DNA of 64,000 nucleotides from Candidatus Sericytochromatia bacterium (GTDB lineage Bacteria; Cyanobacteriota; Sericytochromatia; UBA7694): the NCBI GenBank assembly GCA_037968875.1, contig JBBKWI010000053.1, forward strand, positions 1,207-65,206, in the 5' to 3' direction. Each line of letters begins with the position of its first letter. Within the stretch, counting starts at the first letter, position 1. The notes below the pieces were generated by a model. The model made no database searches, was not told the DNA's origin, and saw only the letters and a program-made list of their open reading frames with translations. The position numbers were made by a program, and so were the translations under genes. Shown piece after piece: positions 37,774 to 47,154 of the stretch.

Positions 37774-39594
37774 ATGGCAACAGCGGTTCAGACCCAAACC
37801 CCCCAGCAGATTTTAAAACAGGTTTTCGGTTATGACCAGTTTCGGCCCTTACAAGCTGAAATTATCGACGGTCTGATTGCCGGTCAAAATGCCTTTGTCT
37901 TGATGCCTACGGGGGGCGGTAAATCTCTCTGCTTTCAGATTCCAGCCCTACTGCGACCGGGGGTGGCGATCGTGGTCTCACCCTTGATTTCACTGATGAA
38001 AGATCAGGTCGATGCCCTGCAAGCCAACGGCGTCAAAGCCGCTTTTTACAATTCGTCACTGGGCTCCCAGCAGGCCCGCCAGGTGCTGGCCCAATTACAC
38101 AATAACGAGCTAGACTTGCTCTATGTGGCCCCGGAAAAACTGCTCTCTGAGAGTTTTTTAGAACGCCTAAATGAAATTGAAGTCTCGCTCTTTGCAATCG
38201 ATGAGGCCCATTGTATTTCGCAGTGGGGGCACGACTTTCGACCGGAGTACAGCAAGTTAGGTCAGATCCGTGAGCTCTACCCTGAAATCCCCTTGATCGC
38301 TCTAACAGCCACAGCCGAAGCCCACACCCGCCAGGATATCTTAAAATTGCTCAAGATCGCCCCCGAACGTGAGTTTGTTTCGGGCTTTGATCGCCCCAAT
38401 ATCCGCTATACCGTCCTGGATAAATCCAAACCCGAAGAGCAATTGCATCGATTTTTGCAGCAACATGTTGACGAGGCTGGAATTGTCTATTGCCTGAGCC
38501 GCAAACGGGTCGAAAAGGTGGCTGAGCAATTACAAAAACGAGGCTACCCAGCGGCCGCTTACCATGCGGGTCTGGGAGCCAACCAGCGCCGCGATGTGCA
38601 AGCCGCTTTCTTGAATGACGATCTACAAATCATTGTGGCAACGGTAGCCTTTGGTATGGGTATCGATAAGAGCAATGTGCGCTTTGTGGTGCATTATGAC
38701 TTGCCCAAAAATATCGAGAGCTATTATCAGGAAACCGGTCGTGCCGGGAGAGATGGTCTGGCCAGTGAAGCCCTGCTCTTGTTTGGCTATGGGGATGTCG
38801 CGATTGCCAGGGGCTTAATTGAGACCAGTGATAATGACGAGCGCAAACGAATTGAAGGCTATAAGCTGAATACGATGGTGGGCTTTGCGGAGGCCCTGTC
38901 GTGTCGCCGCCGGATTTTAATGGGCTATTTTGGTGACAGTCTGGTGACCGACTGCGGCAATTGCGATATCTGTCTCAATCCCCCCGAAATGATCGATGTG
39001 ACTGTCGATGCTCAAAAAGCACTCTCGTGTATTTATCGCCTCAATCAACGCTTTGGCATGGCTTATGTGATTGATGTCTTGCGCGGCGCCCAAAAAGAGC
39101 GCGTTTTGAAAATGCAACATGACCAATTGAGCACCTTTGGTATTGGCGCCGATCAACCGGCCGATTATTGGCGTGCTTTACTGCGTCACCTGGTGCATCT
39201 GGGTTATCTCAGCCAGGATGTCGGCAATTATTCGGTGCTCAAATTACTGGATCCAGCCAAAATCCTGATGCGTGGCAAACAAGAGCTGGTCATGGCTCAG
39301 CCTCGGGTGCGCGCCAGCAATAAACAGCCCAAGAAAGCGCGTCGCAAAGCCGGTGAAATCGATTATAACCCCGCCTTGTTTGACTTATTGCGTCAAGAAC
39401 GCAAGCGCCTGGCCCAGGAAGCCAATCTGCCACCTTATGTTGTTTTCTCTGACGCCAGTCTGGCGGAAATGGCTGAGCAGATGCCGCAGAATGACAGCGC
39501 CTTGTTAAACATTCACGGTGTGGGCCAAAACAAACTCGAAAAATATGGTGCCTTGTTTTTGCAGGTGATTCAAGACTTTCAAGGGCAGGCATAA
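37774..39594 (+). CDS. recQ: ATP-dependent DNA helicase RecQ
   Basis: MPTGGGKSLC, DEAHCISQWGHDFRPEY, QETGRAGRDG, Zn-RQC and HRDC domains. Confidence 0.97.
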   Translation: MATAVQTQTPQQILKQVFGYDQFRPLQAEIIDGLIAGQNAFVLMPTGGGKSLCFQIPALLRPGVAIVVSPLISLMKDQVDALQANGVKAAFYNSSLGSQQARQVLAQLHNNELDLLYVAPEKLLSESFLERLNEIEVSLFAIDEAHCISQWGHDFRPEYSKLGQIRELYPEIPLIALTATAEAHTRQDILKLLKIAPEREFVSGFDRPNIRYTVLDKSKPEEQLHRFLQQHVDEAGIVYCLSRKRVEKVAEQLQKRGYPAAAYHAGLGANQRRDVQAAFLNDDLQIIVATVAFGMGIDKSNVRFVVHYDLPKNIESYYQETGRAGRDGLASEALLLFGYGDVAIARGLIETSDNDERKRIEGYKLNTMVGFAEALSCRRRILMGYFGDSLVTDCGNCDICLNPPEMIDVTVDAQKALSCIYRLNQRFGMAYVIDVLRGAQKERVLKMQHDQLSTFGIGADQPADYWRALLRHLVHLGYLSQDVGNYSVLKLLDPAKILMRGKQELVMAQPRVRASNKQPKKARRKAGEIDYNPALFDLLRQERKRLAQEANLPPYVVFSDASLAEMAEQMPQNDSALLNIHGVGQNKLEKYGALFLQVIQDFQGQA

Positions 39595-39649
39595 TTGAAA
39601 ACTTATTTGCTCTGATCTAAAGTTAGCCAGAGGCTTTTGCAGCTTTTGC

Positions 39650-41059
39650 TTAAACCACACCAAGCGAGCCCAGCACCACTGCTGCAATGGTAGCTCCCAC
39701 AGGAATAACCACCGCTACCATTCCAATATCGGCATAGGCCTGTTTATGACTCAGACCACAAATCGCCAACAGAGTAATCACCGCTCCGTTATGAGGCAAG
39801 GCATCTAAGCTACCGCAGGCAATGGTGGCGACTCGGTGTAAAACCTCTGGATTGAGCTGAGCCGCCTGGGCCATACCCAAATAAGTGTCTCCTAAAATTT
39901 CAAGGGCAATGCTCATCCCGCCTGAAGCGGAGCCCGTAATACCCGCCAGCACAGAGATAGAAATAGATTCTGAAACGAGCGGGTTTTTCGATATGCCCAA
40001 CATGCCGTTCTTGATTAAATCAAAAGCCGGTAGCTTAGAAATGACGTTACCATAGCCCACTTCTGAACAGGTATTAATAATCGCAAGTAACGAGCCCAGT
40101 GCTCCTAGATTAATCGAATTGATGGGTTCGGCAAAGCGTCGCCAGTGCAAAGCCAGCGTACCGATAATGCCCAGGCCCACCGCTAAAATGAGACTCCACT
40201 GCCCGATTACTTTATCAGCGGTGGTATTATAGGGGGCGCTTTCGAGATAGCTCAAATCCAGTTGAGGAAAGAACATTTTGGAAAGCACAAAGTTAAAGCC
40301 CAGCACCATAATCACAGGCAAGAAAGCAGTGAAAAAGCTGGGGCCTAAATCGGTATCGGCTGGTTTTAACTCGGGCTTTTCAGTGGATGTAATTAAACCG
40401 TCGTGATAGCCCTTTCCCTGGCTTTGTGCACGCTTGGCGCGATAATTCAGCCAGGCAACGCCTCCACCAAACATAATCAATGCCCCCACGAGCCCAATAA
40501 TGGGCGCTGCATAAGTATCCGTGCCAAAATAAGGCATTGGAATCGCATTTTGGATCTGGGGCGAACCGGGCAAAGCAGTCATAGTAAAGGTAAACGAGCC
40601 CAAGGCAATAGCCCCCGGAATCAGGCGCTTGGGGATCTCAGCTTCGCGAAAGAGAGCGGCAGCAATCGGGTAAACGGCAAAAGCCACCACAAACAAAGAG
40701 ACGCCACCGTAAGTAAGCAGCGCACATGACAAGACAATTGCCAGGATCGCTTTGTCTTTACCCAGGCGTTTGACAATGGCCGCTGCAATAGAACGGGCGC
40801 TGCCAGAGTCATCCATCACTTTGCCGAAAATAGCTCCCAGTAAAAACAGGGGGAAGTAAGATTTGGCGTAGCCCGCAAAAGAAGTCATGAAAACTTCAGT
40901 ATAAGAGGCCAATACAGGAACCCCTCCATTGAAGAGTACCGCTAACATTGCCAATAAGGGTGCAAGCACCAGAACGGTGATCCCGCGATAGGCCAAAAAT
41001 ATCAAGAGGCCCAGAGAAATCAAAATACCAAGGGTACCAAGCATGAGGGGGATTTCCAA
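39650..41059 (-). CDS. GntP-family permease, probable 3-hydroxybutyrate transporter
   Basis: LTYGGVSLFVV.F, LPGSPQIQN.IP, GITGSASGG, LPHNGAV; divergent from bdhA. Confidence 0.85.
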   Translation of the reverse strand: MEIPLMLGTLGILISLGLLIFLAYRGITVLVLAPLLAMLAVLFNGGVPVLASYTEVFMTSFAGYAKSYFPLFLLGAIFGKVMDDSGSARSIAAAIVKRLGKDKAILAIVLSCALLTYGGVSLFVVAFAVYPIAAALFREAEIPKRLIPGAIALGSFTFTMTALPGSPQIQNAIPMPYFGTDTYAAPIIGLVGALIMFGGGVAWLNYRAKRAQSQGKGYHDGLITSTEKPELKPADTDLGPSFFTAFLPVIMVLGFNFVLSKMFFPQLDLSYLESAPYNTTADKVIGQWSLILAVGLGIIGTLALHWRRFAEPINSINLGALGSLLAIINTCSEVGYGNVISKLPAFDLIKNGMLGISKNPLVSESISISVLAGITGSASGGMSIALEILGDTYLGMAQAAQLNPEVLHRVATIACGSLDALPHNGAVITLLAICGLSHKQAYADIGMVAVVIPVGATIAAVVLGSLGVV

Positions 41060-41190
41060 TTTTTTTTCAGCTTAGCACTGCTTTAGTTAGCTGACAAGCT
41101 TCGTTTGGGATTGAGACCAGCCTTTGGTTTGCTGTTCATCAAATAGAAGCCAAAACTGATACACTGGCACAAAATAAATGGAGTGATTGT

Positions 41191-41979
41191 ATGACAGAGT
41201 TTAAGCTAAAAAATGCGGTTATCACGGGCTCTACTAGTGGTATCGGACAGGGCATTGCGCGTGCGCTGGCCCACGCAGGGTATCGGGTAATGCTCAATGG
41301 TTTTGGAGACCCAGACACCATCGAAAACGATCGCAAAGCCCTGGCAGAAGCCTCAGGTATGGAAGTGCGCTATCACGGAGCTGACATGACCCAGCCGGAG
41401 CAAATTGCAGATCTGATTGCTCAGACTGAAAAGATCTGGGGCAGTGTCGATGTGCTTGTGAATAACGCCGGTGTACAGCATGTCTCCCCGGTGGAGGATT
41501 TCCCTGTGGCCAAATGGGATCAAATTCTGGCGATTAACCTGAGCTCTGCTTTCCATACTATTCGCGCTGTTGTCCCCGGCATGAAAGCCCGGGGCTGGGG
41601 ACGCATTATTAATCTGGCCTCGGCCCATGCCCTGGTGGCTTCGCCATACAAAATCGCTTATGTAGCTGCCAAACACGGTCTGGCTGGCGTGACCAAGACC
41701 GTGGCACTTGAACTGGCTGAAGCAGGCATTACTTGTAATGCGATTTGCCCCGGCTATGTAAAAACACCCCTGGTCGAAAATCAGATCGCAGATACAGCTG
41801 CGGCGCGTGGCATGACTGAAGACGAGGTTAAACGAGATGTCTTACTGGCAGCACAGCCAACAAAGGCTTTTACCGAAGTCGAACAATTGGGCGCTTTTGT
41901 GCTATTTTTATGTTCAGATGCCGCCCAAAATCTGACCGGGGCCATGCTACCGATGGACGGGGGATGGACAGCGAAATAA
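41191..41979 (+). CDS. bdhA: D-3-hydroxybutyrate dehydrogenase
   Basis: TGSTSGIG, NNAG.QH, SAH.LVASP.K.AYVAAKHG, CPGYV.TPLV..QI, DGGWTA. Confidence 0.93.
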   Translation: MTEFKLKNAVITGSTSGIGQGIARALAHAGYRVMLNGFGDPDTIENDRKALAEASGMEVRYHGADMTQPEQIADLIAQTEKIWGSVDVLVNNAGVQHVSPVEDFPVAKWDQILAINLSSAFHTIRAVVPGMKARGWGRIINLASAHALVASPYKIAYVAAKHGLAGVTKTVALELAEAGITCNAICPGYVKTPLVENQIADTAAARGMTEDEVKRDVLLAAQPTKAFTEVEQLGAFVLFLCSDAAQNLTGAMLPMDGGWTAK

Positions 41980-42029
41980 GCTCCCCCATTTGTGTTGTTT
42001 TTCATTTTACTTAGAAAGAATCCCTGACA

Positions 42030-42479
42030 ATGTCCGTTTATTTTGAGCTCTATACCTGTCGCGATTGTAAACACTCAGTGACCATTGGCTTTGTCGGTCA
42101 GAGTCACATGACGCCGGTGTTCTGTAGTGCCTGTCAAACGTCTTTTTCGCTGCAAGCACCCGTTGGGGAGACACTTTTTCAAAGCAGTATAGCCCATACG
42201 CTCTATAGCTTTGGCAAAAAAGAAATCGAGAGTCAATCCAAAAAAGGGCGCGTCAAAAATAAAAGGCGGGTGCCTGGCTGGATAGATACAGGTCTAGAAG
42301 TTCCGATTCATGAAGATATTTCCCAGTCAGGAGAGCAACTTTTTTTGACCTATACGCCTATCTTTGAGCAAGTCACCTGCCCATCCTGCCAGGAAATGAG
42401 CACACTCATGAGCTATCAGGATTATGTAGAACATTGCCGACAATGCGGTAGCCAACGCATGGAAGCTTCGGAAATGTGA
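42030..42479 (+). CDS. Hypothetical protein with four CxxC motifs (zinc-binding)
   Basis: CRDC, CSAC, CPSC, CRQC. Confidence 0.65.
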   Translation: MSVYFELYTCRDCKHSVTIGFVGQSHMTPVFCSACQTSFSLQAPVGETLFQSSIAHTLYSFGKKEIESQSKKGRVKNKRRVPGWIDTGLEVPIHEDISQSGEQLFLTYTPIFEQVTCPSCQEMSTLMSYQDYVEHCRQCGSQRMEASEM

Positions 42480-42483
42480 GCTG

Positions 42484-43440
42484 CTATTGCCCGATTGGCC
42501 AGACAACCTTGCTCAAGAATGGCAGATGAAACAGCAAGGGAACGGGGATAACCAGGCACAAAATAGTCCAACAGCGACCGACGAGTGGGTTCTTATCAAT
42601 CGGACGCCCTTGACGATAGAGCTGTCTTTCGATCGCCATCAGCAGCCCATGAATTAGAAAATACAGCAACGGCAAACCATACGCTGCCTGCACTGCAAAG
42701 CTAATCGCCAGTTCATGCAACACACCAGAAAAAGCAAAGGCTGCCCAGGCAGCAATGGCTTTGCTCCCCCCTTGATTTAAGGGCTGATAAATCGCAATCC
42801 GCGTCATTTCTGAAAAAGCCAGGTTCCAGCGCTGACCCCAAAAATCGGTCAAACTGGTCGCCAATAAAGGGGCTCGAAAAAGCGTCTGACAGGCTACGCC
42901 CTGCCGCTGCCAAAAATAGGCCGCCAGATTGAAGAGGCCAAAGTGCACTGTTAGACTTAAGCCTGGCAAAAGCAATACCGTCAATAAAATCTTTGACTGG
43001 GTCAGCGGCCAAAGCCAATGAGCCAGTAGTATGAATACCAGGCCCAGGATCAGTTCAAAGCAGCCTCTGCGGAGCAAGTCGCGATCGGCTGCCGCAGGTA
43101 TCGTCTCGGCAAACAAGAGTGGGTTCATGCCTGGCCATAAAACAGCAAAGCCCAGCCATTGTTTTAAACCCAGCCGATAATCATGCTGGCGCTGGCTGGT
43201 TAATAAGACAACGATTTTCATGGCATAGAGCAAAGGCCCGCAAAGCGCCAGCATCCGGAAACCAGCGGGTTCATTTAAGCTCAGCAGGTGGGCGATCACA
43301 ACACTCAGCCCAACCAGAGGCCAGCCCCAAACAGCGCTTTTACGTTGGCGAGCTAGCAAATAGCCGCTAAATAATAACGCCAGCAATAAAATGATAATCC
43401 CGGCCGGAGCAGCCAGTGAATGGGGCCAGTAAGCGCTCAC
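42484..43440 (-). CDS. Membrane-bound O-acyltransferase (wax-synthase/MBOAT_2-like)
   Basis: Multi-TM; P..A.SL.DFWG.RWN and FSG.LHE catalytic His. Confidence 0.85.
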   Translation of the reverse strand: MSAYWPHSLAAPAGIIILLLALLFSGYLLARQRKSAVWGWPLVGLSVVIAHLLSLNEPAGFRMLALCGPLLYAMKIVVLLTSQRQHDYRLGLKQWLGFAVLWPGMNPLLFAETIPAAADRDLLRRGCFELILGLVFILLAHWLWPLTQSKILLTVLLLPGLSLTVHFGLFNLAAYFWQRQGVACQTLFRAPLLATSLTDFWGQRWNLAFSEMTRIAIYQPLNQGGSKAIAAWAAFAFSGVLHELAISFAVQAAYGLPLLYFLIHGLLMAIERQLYRQGRPIDKNPLVGRCWTILCLVIPVPLLFHLPFLSKVVWPIGQ

Positions 43441-43871
43441 AATACAGACCAGGCCAGATAAGCCAGAGTGCCATAGACCAGTGTCAGATAGATAAAGAGC
43501 GATTCCAGCGCAATCTCAGCCAGCAGATAGATTTTGCCTTGCGGGGCGCTAGAGCGATCAAAATAAAACAATTGGATCAAGACACGTGCTCCCCAATAGA
43601 GACAGATAAAGGCCGAGACCACCGCCGAAAGCCCAGATGGCTGTAGCAAAAACTGCGGTGCGAAAAATGACAGCAGGCCAAAGGCAAGATTGGTGCTCCA
43701 GATATATAAAGAATAGACCCAAAACATTTGACGGGTTAAAGGGTTGAGTGGGGCCAGTTCTTGCTTCCAATTGAGGACAGCGGGGATCTTAATGCTGCCA
43801 ATACACAAGACAATTTGGCCTAATCCCCCCAAGACCAATAAATAATAAAGCAGATTTTCCATGCGCTTCAC
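43437..43871 (-). CDS. Hypothetical four-TM membrane protein
   Basis: Hydrophobic segments; 4-nt overlap with the MBOAT gene. Confidence 0.7.
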   Translation of the reverse strand: MKRMENLLYYLLVLGGLGQIVLCIGSIKIPAVLNWKQELAPLNPLTRQMFWVYSLYIWSTNLAFGLLSFFAPQFLLQPSGLSAVVSAFICLYWGARVLIQLFYFDRSSAPQGKIYLLAEIALESLFIYLTLVYGTLAYLAWSVL

Positions 43872-43963
43872 TCCAGTATTTTATGACATTATTGACTCTA
43901 GCCTAAGCAGCTTTTAGATTCGTTAAAATGACGTCTATCAAACGAATAAAATAAACTGAATGC

Positions 43964-46882
43964 TTAATTCAGCGCTTTAACTGACATTTGTATCGGTGCC
44001 AGCACCGTTTTGCGATCGGGTTGGTCTAAGACCAGCAAACGGGAAGGGGGCATTTTCATTTTCCCTTGTAAGCCTGCTCGTAATCTGAAATGGAAACTCA
44101 ATTCTTTGCCAGGTTTCAGAGCTTTGGTACGCAAGTTGAGATAGGCCGCGTTTTGTTCAAAACCAGCCAACCAATCGGCATTAGCACTGTCTTGCAGCGT
44201 ATCTGTTAAGACCGTGAAACCTGCAGGCAAACCGATCTGGAGCCCCAGTTCAGGCTCACCGCGTAAATGATGCTGGAAGCGTACCAACACCGGGATTTCT
44301 TCTTCGGGCACCAGGTTCTCTGCTTGCGGCACCCGCACCTGTAATCTGAGATCGTCATCCTGGTGAGCCGGTTCTAAAGCCATACCAAAGAGTTTAGCTT
44401 GCTGAGTATACCAGTTTGCTTCAAAGCGATGCGCCAGTGTCAGGGTATTCCAGCCTGGGCTTAAGACCGAAAACGGTGACACAAGTGACTGTTGCGTGCG
44501 TGGGGCCAAATCCAGGGATTGTGATAGACCCGGTGTTAATTTCAAATCAACCGTTTGCGCGCTAGTTAAAGGGTTAACGATCGTGACTGGAATTTGCAAT
44601 TGGTCACCAAGCATCACCACCGTGGGCGCTGTTAGACGCGCAAGCACCGCCGGGCGCACGGTCAGCAAAGTATGATCTGGCTTATCGCTGACCGGCAGCG
44701 TTGCCGAGCGAGATCCATGAAAGGCCTGGGTAACTATCAATAGTTCACCGGACTCCTGCAAGGCGGGCAGCATCATTTGATTCGAGGCAGCATGCACACT
44801 TTGATGAATCAGTTGCGCCTGGGGTTGCCAGTCTAGTAAAGGAGGGATTTGGCTATCTGATTCGAGATTGGCCTGAGTATTGAAAAAGCGATCTGTAGGA
44901 GCTAAGCAAAGTATGCCGACTTGTAAGCCAGCCATCACAGTCAGTGATGCCAATGCCAGCAGTGCCCCTTGCGACTGACGCAGTTCTTCGCCTCGCAAAA
45001 ATACAAAGCTGCGCATCCAGGCCACGCCCAACAAAGCGATGGCAAGACTTACAGCAGCCATCATGGCAGGCGCATAAGCCAGCACAAACCAGAGGCACCA
45101 GGATGCTAAGCAAAGCTGGATCAAAGGGATCCAAAAACTCTTTGCTGGCAAAGCTTTACGCAATTGCCAGCAGGCCAGACTGATCACCGTCAGAGCAGAG
45201 ACAATCACGATCACAGCAGCAATACTCCAAAACGCGACTGACACCACCCAGGAGAGCATTAATAAGCAGCATCCCAGAAGGCTCAGAGAAAAGGCTGTCC
45301 AGCGACCGATTTTTAAAGCTTTTAAATGAACAGGGTTAGGAAAAGGCCGTCGATGCAGCTTGACCCAATCAAGCAGGGATTTCTGTAACCAAAATCCGGG
45401 CCAGGCCACCAGTAATAAACCCAACAAAAGCCAACAAAAACGAGCCCCAAAAGGCGCATTTTTGGCTTCAGGGAATCCCAGAGCTTGAAAATCTGCTGGC
45501 GGTGCCTGGAGCAATTTTGAGCTGATGCCAGCGGATTTATAAGCCTGCACCAACACGCGCGTTTGTGCGGCATCAGGGGCTAGCTGAGAGGAGGAGTCAG
45601 CAGCTAAGGAGACCGTTAATGCTTGTAGGGCGTTGGGCGTCGCTGGTTTTATTTTTAAGCGAGTCGATCCAGACTCAGTGAAGCCATCACTTTGTGGCCA
45701 TAAAAGAGCTTGTTGCTGGCCAGCCTCGTCTACCAAATAGAGAGCCTGGGGCGTCTCTGAAGCCAAACTTGAAAGCTCATTTTCACCCGGTTGCACTGCG
45801 AATAGACCTGTCACAGCAGCTTCAGCCGAACCTTTATGAATCAGATAATGTAAGTTCAGTGCCTTTCTGGCCAGCAGATAGGGTTGACGCTGCTGATTGA
45901 GCTTGAGCAACCAATCTCCAGTCTCAATTTTCAGCTCCATCTCGCCCTGAAAAAGATTCCCCTGGGCATCTCCCAGTGAATAAACCAACGGACTCGTGAT
46001 TTGCTCCGCTTGCAAATGCACCTCAGCGCGCCCTGCTTTAACAGGCCAGTTTTTCTCCATGATGCGTACCCAACCGCTGGCCAGGGGTTGTCGCTCACGA
46101 TTCAAAATCCAGAGGTGAAGGGTCTGAGCCTGATTTTTTAATAAGACCTGACTCGCAGCAGACACCTGGAAATTGGCTAAACGCTGCTCTGGAGTGATCT
46201 GAAAAGTCAATTTTTGTGGCTTATGGCGAGTCTGTTTATTCGATAGAAAATTGACTTCCAGCTGGTACTCTGCTGGGGGCAGTTCTGTCGGTAAAACCAG
46301 AGTAGGAGCAGTCAGAGAAAGCTGGTGTTTCAAATCCCAGCTTTGCAAAAGCGCTTCAGCATTGCGTAATTCCACTTTAATATTGCCTGCCTCAGCAGAG
46401 CTAACTGTTAATGGCAGCAAATCCCCTGCTTGCATTTCGCTGAGCCCCAGCTGAGCCTGCCAACTGACTTCGGGCTGCACTTGCAGGGTGAAATCACGCA
46501 CAGGCAAAGCAGAGCCCACAGCAGGTTGTATACGCAAAAGATAAGTCCCGGTCGCCAGGGCTGGCAAATGGGATTGCCAAAGTTGTGGCTTTCCTGGCTC
46601 TTTGTCACTGAGCCGACCCGGGATCAATAAGTCAGTTTCAGGCCCTTTCAGGGTCATCTGATAATCAACACCAGTGGGATTTCGCACTTCGAGGGCGATT
46701 TTTTGAGGCGTTTGGGCGGGCAATGTAACCGGAATAATCCCCTGTAAAGGGAAATCAGAGGGTTGCGTTTTGGGGAAGATCCAGCCAAAAGCATCCAGGC
46801 CGACTAAACTCAAGGGAATCAAGAGTAGAAATAGCCAGGGCATTCTGGATTTAGATCGCGGGGTGGATTTTTGCACAATCAC
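43964..46882 (-). CDS. Large membrane protein with alpha-2-macroglobulin-like beta domains and an internal TM bundle
   Basis: W.P...LP...V.P....P....GD...IPV...N and IGLPAGF...F.LRA...G....P segments; no CxEQ thioester; start may be GTG 46876. Confidence 0.55.
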   Translation of the reverse strand: MIVQKSTPRSKSRMPWLFLLLIPLSLVGLDAFGWIFPKTQPSDFPLQGIIPVTLPAQTPQKIALEVRNPTGVDYQMTLKGPETDLLIPGRLSDKEPGKPQLWQSHLPALATGTYLLRIQPAVGSALPVRDFTLQVQPEVSWQAQLGLSEMQAGDLLPLTVSSAEAGNIKVELRNAEALLQSWDLKHQLSLTAPTLVLPTELPPAEYQLEVNFLSNKQTRHKPQKLTFQITPEQRLANFQVSAASQVLLKNQAQTLHLWILNRERQPLASGWVRIMEKNWPVKAGRAEVHLQAEQITSPLVYSLGDAQGNLFQGEMELKIETGDWLLKLNQQRQPYLLARKALNLHYLIHKGSAEAAVTGLFAVQPGENELSSLASETPQALYLVDEAGQQQALLWPQSDGFTESGSTRLKIKPATPNALQALTVSLAADSSSQLAPDAAQTRVLVQAYKSAGISSKLLQAPPADFQALGFPEAKNAPFGARFCWLLLGLLLVAWPGFWLQKSLLDWVKLHRRPFPNPVHLKALKIGRWTAFSLSLLGCCLLMLSWVVSVAFWSIAAVIVIVSALTVISLACWQLRKALPAKSFWIPLIQLCLASWCLWFVLAYAPAMMAAVSLAIALLGVAWMRSFVFLRGEELRQSQGALLALASLTVMAGLQVGILCLAPTDRFFNTQANLESDSQIPPLLDWQPQAQLIHQSVHAASNQMMLPALQESGELLIVTQAFHGSRSATLPVSDKPDHTLLTVRPAVLARLTAPTVVMLGDQLQIPVTIVNPLTSAQTVDLKLTPGLSQSLDLAPRTQQSLVSPFSVLSPGWNTLTLAHRFEANWYTQQAKLFGMALEPAHQDDDLRLQVRVPQAENLVPEEEIPVLVRFQHHLRGEPELGLQIGLPAGFTVLTDTLQDSANADWLAGFEQNAAYLNLRTKALKPGKELSFHFRLRAGLQGKMKMPPSRLLVLDQPDRKTVLAPIQMSVKALN

Positions 46883-46885
46883 CTC

Positions 46886-46917
46886 AAAAAAAAAGTAAAA
46901 GCTTCCGCAGAAGCTTT
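46886..46917 (-). terminator. Intrinsic terminator of tRNA-Ser
   Basis: Minus strand AAAGCTTC-TGCG-GAAGCTTT then TAC and T9. Confidence 0.75.
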
Positions 46918-46928
46918 AAACAATTGAG

Positions 46929-47017
46929 CGGGCAGAGAGGGATTCGAACCCTCGAAGCGACTCACACCGCTTACAGACTTTCCAGGTCTGCTGAATCAAC
47001 CACTCTCACATCTGCCC
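46929..47017 (-). tRNA. tRNA-Ser(GGA)
   Basis: Acceptor GGGCAGA/TCTGCCC, anticodon arm CAGAC-CTGGAAA-GTCTG, long variable arm, GGTTCGAATCC T-loop, discriminator G; CCA not encoded. Confidence 0.95.
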
Positions 47018-47154
47018 AAACATTAGCCAGGTCACAATGACCATCAGGCATACACTGGTCAAACCAGATGCTCAGCAGTATAACATAGGCCTCCCGGTAA
47101 GCATAAAGGGGTTCTCTAGAAAGATCTCTACTTTTCTATAAAACACAAGCGAGA

